NCBI GenBank assembly: GCA_036172245.1
Contig: JAYWIR010000046.1
Coordinates: 744,001-808,000, forward strand
From: Raillietiella orientalis
Taxonomy: Eukaryota
DNA length: 64,000 nt
Direction of reading: 5' to 3'
The position numbers and the translations under genes are program-made. Each line of letters starts with the position of its first letter. The stretch's first letter is position 1. The notes beneath the pieces were generated by a model. The model saw only the letters and a program-made list of their open reading frames with translations, did not search any database and had not been told where the DNA came from. Below are positions 54,935 to 64,000 of this stretch, in pieces.

Positions 54935-57399
54935 ACTGCATCGATATTTTTATAAGCATTTTTATAAAGTAACCTTGTTTGTTGGTTGCAGAGATTCTAT
55001 TCTAATACATAAAACAGAATCACAGCTTTTCGAAACAGCAGGCTCATTCTGGCTTGTTGTGAGTAGCAGTTACATAATGGTATAACATGACTAGGAGAAA
55101 TAGTGTGATCCCTAGTAGGTTGCAAAATACAGCCAACTGCACATCAGTGATCATAATGTTTGCTGTTGATGCTACCTAACAACATTAAACTGTGTATTAG
55201 TACAAAAAGTGGTAACATATTACAAAAATTTTATAAATTAAACATTATCCCATCCCTTTTATTCACAGTGGGGCTTTTTAAAACGTAATTGAATTTACAT
55301 GCTGGAAATACGCAATTATAACAAATGACTTTGGAATTCACCCACTGATTGTACGAGATTTTGTACTTAGATAACCAACAAAACCATCATTTTCTGAATG
55401 TTTCTATAACGATGGAATTTGAATACACATACTCGTCAGAAGTTCCAACACAAAAATTCTCTTATCTTACAAAATCAGATTTAGCCCCGCTTCCTGCATC
55501 TGGTTAAGAAATTCAGTATACGTGAAATAATAGGCTAACATTCACTTTGTCATTAAAATACCTAGCGATTCTACGAGTTACTAATTTTGCAGAAACCACC
55601 ACCCTCTGTCCAATGAGTGATATTGGTAAAGGTATGGTGAAATTTGTCGTACATTTACAAACTTCAAAACCAAGATTTTCAAAACTCTTAAATAAATTAT
55701 CCATAAAGTATTTACCAGATATATAGACGAATCTCGCAACGATTCCACGAAATCTTACAATATCTTGTGATTCTACACATCAAACTTGGCGTGTTCTTAC
55801 GTGTACATTGCCAACATATTAAGTCGATTGAGTTTCCGGGTGAAAAATATACTTGATAATGTGAAAACTATTTGCATGGAATTTCTACCATTGTAGACTA
55901 AAAAGTGTCCTCAAGGTGCAAAAAGATTCTCATGAAAATACTTATATAAATGGAAAATCTCCGAAAATCTCATCTTAAAACATCACTCAATTGACTGCAT
56001 TGATTTTCGGCTTGTTATTAGATTTTCAAATCTATGTTCAGTTGAATGTTCTAGTATTCTATTTCTAAAAACATTCATAATTATTCATGGTCATTTTACT
56101 ACTTAAAATGAATATCGAATAATATATCACTAAAAATAATGTACTAATGGTGGGCAAATAATTGAGTACATCATTCTAGGAATTTCGAAGGAAAAGATAA
56201 CATTTATTTCAACACCTGTTTCAATACACAATTTATCTTGGAAATTATATCGATACTTGTTTCAAAGCACAGTAGATGTTTCAGAACTGAAAATTTATTA
56301 TTAAAACAATATATGAGAAAGAGTTCACGGAATCTCTATCCTACGGAGAGTAAAAATACATCTACGAAAAAAATAAACTGCAAATGTTTCCTGTAATCAC
56401 ATCTGCATTCAAACTGTAATCTAGAAAATAGCTGGCTCATAAAACAAGAATCAACTTTCGTAATCGCTACTCTATTACAGGTCGTTATTTACTCTATTAT
56501 TAGCAAATGACGGTACAGAATAATCAGTACAGAAGTATTGTAAATAACAAATTCAGTGAATAGCGAAAATGTGTGTTCCATTTTGTTCACAAATATCCTG
56601 CTCCTCTCTCTTTGAAAACGGAATTTAGAAAGCAGCGCCAGAAGTAATCTGTTATCTACAATTTATTTTGTTAATAGTACTTTGGTTTACTTTGTGTTTC
56701 GTAGTTTCACCATCTCAATTCAGAATCGTTTCATGAATTGGATAATGAAACCACAAAACCGATTTTTAAAAACGGTCCGAGAAATTAAGGATTTTTCAGA
56801 TTTTGAGATACATATCGTTGACACTTACTACAGATGCTACGAAAGATTCACAGATAGTTTTATCAAGTGGAAGAATCTGAAAGTTTCTTCATTACTGAAT
56901 AAAGTTAGTTATAATGAATCTGGAAGAGAAAAAAAAATTTTCAAGATTCAGAATTTTGCATCGTTTCGAGTTAAAATGGGTATTTCATCTGTTGCTAAGT
57001 TTTGATAAAATTTCCCTATCGTCGAGCTATTGACATATAGGTAAAATATTGCCAAACTATTTTTGTGCGAACCTTATGTTTATCCTATAGCATTTTGATC
57101 TTCACAATTAAATCATTCTGCCTCATAAAAAGTGCATTTTATTTAACATATTCCATCATTCTCATTTGTCGTTCAGATAAACAAAAGAATTTAGATCAGC
57201 TGCATAATCCATGACGTCCTTGTTTAGAAGCATATGCGTTTTGAAGAATTAATGCCGAGAAATCCAAAATCATGCCTTTTACGTATAACGATATGCAAAA
57301 GATGTAGAGACATATTAGAATATGACGAATTGAAATGTATCTTTCAGAAAATCTTAGTTTTGGCGGATAATAAAGCCATGAAGATAGACACATAGCACC

Positions 57400-57475
57400 T
57401 TGAATCATAAATGATAAGATAATCAATAATAAATGATAATCATAAAGGATAATCATAAATGATAATCATAAAGGC
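57400..57475. repeat. Short imperfect tandem repeat of GATAATCATAAA
   Basis: GATAATCATAAA(G/T) occurs three times in tandem, with degenerate units upstream. Confidence 0.8.
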
Positions 57476-59235
57476 TTAATAATAAGCACCTCAAGTAAAA
57501 AGAATGCAAGAAAATAGTTATTTTTGGATTTTCCAGTGTACAGAACTCGGAAAATCTTTCTGGAACTTTGAGTTATCTAACCTTGAATTTTATTTAGAGG
57601 GATAACCCATGCAAACGGTACAGGGCTAGTGACTGGCGATGCTACTTGTGCAAAAAGACGAGACAAATACCGAGCATATCGAAAAAAACCGTAAACGAAA
57701 AAAGAATGGAAATTACTGGAGAAAACAAATTATTTAAAACAGATAATCTGTGTTCATTCATGCTATAAGCTGTATTGCATTTTCCCGCTGCAATATTTAA
57801 CGATACTCTGCGAACAAATGCTGTAGCTTTGTTTTTCATTTAGAACTGAGTAGAATAGAATCAGATGATGTGTGTATTGCTAGCTGGGGTTTAAATAAAT
57901 CCAGTAATGCTCGAAGGGAGAAAATGTGCTCCAAAATTTCTCATGAGTTTTTCTTCTGAATAAGTTATTTTGAATTCTGTGTTTCGTCAGAAGACAGTAA
58001 CGAAATGAAATCTGGAAAGAAAAATAAAAAAATGAAAATTATAACAGTACTCATTCTGAAATTCATCAAAATAAGTACTGCGTTTGCTGAGAAGCATTCC
58101 TTCAAAAACGAACAGAGATGAATACACAGAAAAGAATGAATCAAATCAAAAAAATTGTGGTATTTATAAGGTTCATCCATAAAACTATAGACCATACGAT
58201 GACTTTCTCAAGAGAAAGGCCCTTTAATTAGAAGGAATAAATGGAGCTAAGAATTTGAATTTTCACTTCAGTTATGGAAACATCGAATCCTTAGATGATA
58301 TGTTGAACCTTTTTATCAGTGATGCTTCCCAAGAATTCAAGTTCCTCTCATTTTCATGCTAAAAAAAAATCCTTCAATATTTTCCACTCCATAGAATGTT
58401 CTATATTTTGTCACCTGAGCTTTAATTTAAAAATACAAATGTCTACTATTCATCAATCTGATACTGTGAATTTGTGGATGTCTGATTGTTTGATAATTTT
58501 TGTTTTTCTCGTATAACTGGGCTCTTTCGTACTATCTTGCTGTGCCCCCGAACATGCATAATTTGTGATGATTTTGGATATTTTCGTTAGCTTACATAAA
58601 TCTCCAATATCTGGAATTGCCATGATGACCTATCTCTCTCAAGCAGAGCTACAAAAATGAGGAGAACGAAAAAAACATAAATAGCATTACTATGTTAACT
58701 CAAGGGACAAAAAAAAAAGCATTGCTTTATGGAGTGTTGAACTTGAATTTTCCTGGAATTTTTTTTTGCATTAAACTATTCTTAAAAAACTTTACATAAG
58801 CAAAAATACGTAGATATAACTGATACATGGAACACTTCAAGTGCTGCCCTCCCCCTTCCTCTTCCCTTATTTTGCAGCAATTCCTCTGGAGTTAAGAGAA
58901 AGCTCTTGATTTTCTTGTTCTCTTAGGTGCTTGCTGGTAACTCAGAAAAGGTAGGATTTTTCCCCTCAAGTGCTCTTTTGAGTATTGACAATGGAGATAA
59001 TTGGATAATGTTTTTCTATATATGCTTTCAGATATTCCGAAATTAAGAAGTTTGAGTTCCTTCTATTAGTAAACTAAGAAATACATTCTTTAGACTATTA
59101 AAATAAAATTAACTGCTGATATAAACAATTCCTCTTAAGAACCCCTTAAAAGATATATTTTACTTTGTTTTATTTGTTAAACAAACATTCACAATGGGTA
59201 CAAAGATTCTTTTGTTACTGTAAAATTCGCTGTAG

Positions 59236-62200
59236 TCACCTTTCTTTTATATGCTGCACAAGAAACCTATCCAAGTTTGCGAGAGATTGCTTTATTTCTC
59301 TTGATACTTCTTTTCCATCCAGTTGCTCTACGAAAAAATTACTTTTATTAGCAGTTTAATAAGGGGTAAAGAATTACTCAATGAAGAGCAGCAACTAAGC
59401 AGTTTTGGCTTGTATTTCCTATTTTTGCAAATCGGATTTCCGTCCAGTTGCAGATAATGAAGATGTTTCCAAGATTTCAACATTTCGCAAACAGACTCCA
59501 AGTTTATTAAATTGCTTACAGAGCAGAAAAAATGGTCGAGAGCACACAACACAGATAACTGCTTCAGGTCGGTTAACTTGTTTCCGCTAACATTCAAGAT
59601 TTTCAGTGATATCTAGATTTTGTTCAAAAGAAACATTCTGAAGAAAACAAAGGAAAAGCAAGCATATACAACTATCAACAAGCACCGACTTAATTTATTC
59701 TTGGAAAAACAAATTCTTATTCCCTGAAATGAAATTTCAAAATTTCACAGGAAAATCTTCAATAAGTGATACTCCCCCCTTCACTGCGGGGTAACTGCTG
59801 CCCCTTCGCTGAGGTAAACATTGGATTTTCTTTGCAGGTTGGCACTGGATTTTTTGATCTCCAGAAATCCAAAAATCAAAGTATGAAATTAATTGAATTA
59901 GCCGTGACATCGTAATTTCTGAAGTTGTTTGAGACAGAATAATAAATTATCAAATTTAGATATTTTTGAAAAAGTCTCATTCTTCACAAATACAGGAGCA
60001 AAATAGAAAGATTTTAGAAAAAATGGTTAGCACAATTCCATTCATTTCTAAGACTATAAAATAAAATAACCATAAAAATTTACAGAGATTCTGAAACTTG
60101 CACACGTTTACGTGATAAACTATCGAAAGTATGCACCCTGCGAGTAAGTTTGTTTACGAGTGCACTGATTAAATGAAGTTTACAAAGTATATTAAGAAGC
60201 CTAAGCAGTGGAAATTATTGAAATGTGTTTTGAATGGTCAACTTTAATATATTTTCGGCGCATCAACACACGATAAGATAATGGTGTTCTTTATCAGCAA
60301 CATTCTTATAAGCTTTCAATTAACTGGAATAAATTCCTGTAATAGAATTTCATGCATTTAATGAAAAATTTAACAAAAAACATAACTGATATTTATCGAC
60401 TTCATTTTCACTGGAAAAATTGTTATTCACATGCAGTTGTGTCACAAGTCCCGATTTTGTAATCCAATACCAATACAGTACTAATAACTAGATCTATGAA
60501 TACGGTTTGCCATCAGTGAATCACGTATGTAAGAACTATTGGGAAAGAAATGAAGCTTGATAGCATGACACTAAATGGATGTAGCAGTGATTCTCTTAAA
60601 ATACCTTAACTGCTTCCAAAGTTTTAGGATCAAAAACTAAGGTGTCTTTGTCTTGCAAACTCTGAAAATCTAAGTGAAGCTCTTCCAGAGCACTGCATTG
60701 CTCAAGTCCTTCAACTATAGATATTCGGTTTCTGCTCAAGTATCTGCAATATAAAGAGTTAAACACAAATCAGAATTCTTCCAAAAAAAAATTTCAATTG
60801 CAAGAACGCCGTTTCCAAAAGTAAGTTGCAGATTATCAGCTAAGCTTATTCAGCAAATGTTGAAAATCACCTTTTTAACTGCAGAGAGATTTATGTAGAA
60901 TCTAGACGTGAGGGATATTTGGATATTATTTCGATCGGAAAATAAAATAAGAAACTAAAAGATGCATAAAAAACCATTGTCCACTTTCGAGATTTTCTAA
61001 GGTTTTCGTTATATTACTTATGCGGATGACTGAAATGAAAATCAATATCAATAAAGTTGGTGTGATAACAGCTACCGAATGCTGCTTTTATAGGTGACAG
61101 AAACAGGAAAAAAACCATAATTGTTCAGAGGATTTTAGTATACTACAGTATAAAAAAGTTCACTCTAATAAAATGGTATTCTTAGTTAAATAAAGAAAAA
61201 TTCTTAGTTCTCGAATTCTTAGCTAAATGAGAAAAAATTCCAGTTGGAGGTTTTCAATTCTTTTGAAATTAAACATGAGGAGAAAGTGCATTCTTATTAA
61301 CTTGGTTCCTGATCGTGAAAACAATCGTAAAATTGTGAAATTTTGGCATTCAAGCGTTTGAGCAACTCTTACAGAAACACAATGCACATATCTCAGCATC
61401 CGCAAAAGTTGCCCCGACACTGAATGAGAACTTGGGATCTTGCTTAAGTTAATTCTAACATGAAAAATGCAGTTGCAGCCAAGCTGACAAAAACAAGCAA
61501 AAATATATAATTTGTGAAGAAAATCGGTTGATGCTTCCCAATTGCTAAACTCCATCGAAGCGGAACACTGGGAATTTGGTAATTGGGAGACAAGGAGCCA
61601 TTCGAGTTGATTTCGATAGTTTTTAGCAGGTGATTCTCGTTCCGATTTTCAATAAAACGCAAGAATCGCGAATTTCAGAGTTCAATTTCAAAGTGCGAAG
61701 ACCGTAAAAAATGCAACTTTTTTAACCAGTTAATAGCTTATATGCTTCTTTTTTAAAATTGTAACAAAACATGCTCAAAACTTTAACTTTGTTCATTTTC
61801 TTCCAAAGGATTCCTTTGTTCAATGAGATCATTAATGGAATGACATCCTTTTTTCACAGCTTGCTCAAGAAATGTTGCTTTCAAAACCTTGAAAACATTG
61901 CTAAAACAGTTCTTAGACATACTTATTTTTCTTAATTTTTCGAGTATGATTCTAGTATACATAATTTTAAAGGCAACCATCCAATTAATTTGTGGAAGCA
62001 CCTTGATTTAATTTCTCATTTTCATAAATTCTTCTAAAAATTCATTTCACTCACAATGATAACAGCATAACGACTTCACTATTTAAATAACTGGGAGGTT
62101 TAAGAAAATCAACAGACTACTGTTATTAGCTAAAAAACCATACGTTTAAGTTTGAGAACACCGTACACTTCGGACTGTGTATCATACTTCGCAAATCCTT

Positions 62201-63985
62201 TCAGTACAAAAATTAGATTTGTTGATTTTAATTTTTGCCTTGTTGCAGTTTGATTTTTGCAATTTAATTAATTTTGACATATTTATTAAGGATAATTGGT
62301 GTTCTTTATTAAAATATTTAATAGGTCATCCCTTCCCTGCTGGCTTTCTTATTTTCGGGTCAGTTACACAAAGCAGACTTCGCAACTTCTAAAAGCATAA
62401 ATTATCATTAAGTTTCCGAGCTAATGTTATGGTTTAATTTGATTTTGATTTTGAAATCTGCATTCTTATCTGGTGCAGATTTGCAGGGAACATTTTTTCA
62501 TGAACAATTACGAGAGTGTGGATCAAGTCAGCATGAAAACGATACTCGTTGCTGATGTGGAATCGTAAAGACATAGAAGTTGTAATGTCGATTATTGGAT
62601 AAAATTTGAGCGACTGTAGTCCTTATCATTCTTATACTCCAGACGTATTAAATATAAAGAGTTATAGATGAAGTGAAATGAATGGAAGGACATTGAATTT
62701 GTTACGAATGCCATCCATGAGTTTCAATTCTCAACAAAGGACAAGAAATGTTATCAGGATGAACAATCTAATTAGAAGTTGTTGTATATTATTTTTGTTA
62801 AGATTAAATTAAAGCAAACTGACATAACGAGGATATGAACGAATTCTCTCGTGAAAAATTAAAAAGCAGAATTCCCAAAAATGAAACAAATATTAGACAC
62901 CAGCAAAATAGAACGAAACTCTTTCAGTATAGGGCTAACCATTTCAATCATTTTGCGAGGGAACCTATATTTTTCACATTTCAAAGCTTGCAAAGAAAAG
63001 TTTGGTACAGTTGTAATAACTGATATTTGGAATGGAATAGATGGAGAAAATATTTTCTCGCATAGTGATGCACCAAATGTCAGATCTGCGGCTACTAATC
63101 GGTTCCTATATGACCGCCAAGATTTGAGACAATTTTTCTCATTAAATATGCGCATGTTCATGTACAAAACACGCGAAATACAGTAATTATTGACAATTGC
63201 AAGTAGTCAAGAATAGTATTGCACACAGCAAACACCGAGAATGTTCATGAGACGATTAACTTTATTTCGATTTTGTCTTTGGCTTTTTGCAATTGACTTG
63301 ATGTTGAATCAAAAGTCATCACTACGGAATCTACCAAGTACTTGATACTTCAATAGTTCTATTTGCCTCTATACATAACTTACAATTTTCGCAAATTCTT
63401 TAGAAGATGCAAATTATCCATTCTTTCCAACTGATTGTTCTGCAAATACAAATGGGTTATACTGCTTACGTTTGAAAAATCGATCAGCTTCTTTAGATGG
63501 TTGTTGTGGAGATATAGAACGACCAAGTTGGGGCATTTTGGAAACTCCTTCTAAAAATATTACACTTTTAATTAGAGTAGATAATCATAGTTCAAATCAT
63601 AATTAAAATCGGATGCAAATTGGCGATTAAAGCTCAAAATAATAATTCTCATTGGCAGTCAATGATCAAGTATATTCTAGCAAAGACTCAAAAAGGTATT
63701 ACTAATGTTGAAAGTCTTTAGTTAATCAGGAAAAAGTTTTTAGTCTATTAAGCGGAAAATGAATTATGCAAATAAATAAATAAATAATTGATAAATTTGA
63801 ATCGCAATTACAAAATAACGTTCATCAACCTTACTAACCAGTGTGGTTAGGTTTCTGTCATTAAGGTACAAATGAGTAATACTGTCAAAGCGAGATGCTT
63901 CATTAGTTTTCTTAGCTATTGGTGACACAGACGATTGAAACAAGCGAATCCATTTCTTATCACCTTCTAATTTAATTGCACTCAT
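59236..63985 (-). CDS. PPP1R42: Leucine-rich-repeat protein phosphatase 1 regulatory subunit 42 (LRRC67)-like. Exons 63985-63839, 63550-63384, 60743-60605, 59612-59378, 59327-~59236; the 3' end is uncertain and may splice further
   Basis: Spliced translation: ITHLYLNDRNLTTL / KEFPKCPNLVVLYLHNNHL...ITHLYLQNNQLERMDNL / YLSRNRISIVEGLEQCSALEELHLDFQSL...LVFDPKTL / SLKILNVSGNKL...LQLDGNPICKNRKYK / QLDGKEV. This follows, in order, the motif series I recall for vertebrate PPP1R42 (LTHLYLQNN, EGLE..ELH, LFDPRTL, LNGNPVC, LDGKEI). Junctions are GT..AG and in frame. Confidence 0.85.
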
Positions 63986-64000
63986 TTCGAATATTTATCG

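Noticed and set aside
55300..58800. Short ORFs between Src42A and PPP1R42
   Set aside because: AT-rich, with no recognisable domains or coherent exon chain.
63440..63470. Apparent 30-nt GT..AG micro-intron in PPP1R42 exon 2
   Set aside because: It reads through in frame as the conserved VSSITHLYLQ LRR motif, so it is coding.

Overview
Eukaryotic nuclear DNA, most likely from a pancrustacean arthropod (inferred from a trnL2-like remnant between cox1 and cox2 in the mitochondrial fossil, plus a Src42A-type kinase). It has two compartments. (1) 1-~49 kb is a repeat graveyard in which I recognise no intact host gene. It holds a heavily decayed ~13 kb NUMT (~8.7-21.6 kb: nad2, cox1, cox2, atp8, atp6, cox3, nad3, nad5, nad4, nad4L, nad6, cob, part of nad1, and many tRNA remnants in a non-standard order). 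It also holds about ten divergent 3' fragments of a non-LTR retrotransposon family (C-terminal CCHC zinc finger, conserved terminal AATAAA + CCCGG/CCGGG hairpin), a near-identical 1465-bp inverted duplication (4913-6377 / 33303-34767), two LTR-like direct repeats and a tRNA-headed SINE-like element. (2) ~49-64 kb is AT-rich and genic: a complete 7-exon Src42A-like tyrosine kinase on + with five unusually short 40-45-nt introns, and a convergent PPP1R42/LRRC67-like LRR gene on -. Most ORFs in the supplied track before 49 kb look like chance frames in GC-rich repeats. All alignments were made by eye, and boundaries of decayed features are approximate. I found no evidence of a new intact multi-gene system; the most novel signals are the fossil mitochondrial gene order, the retroelement terminal motif and the micro-introns.
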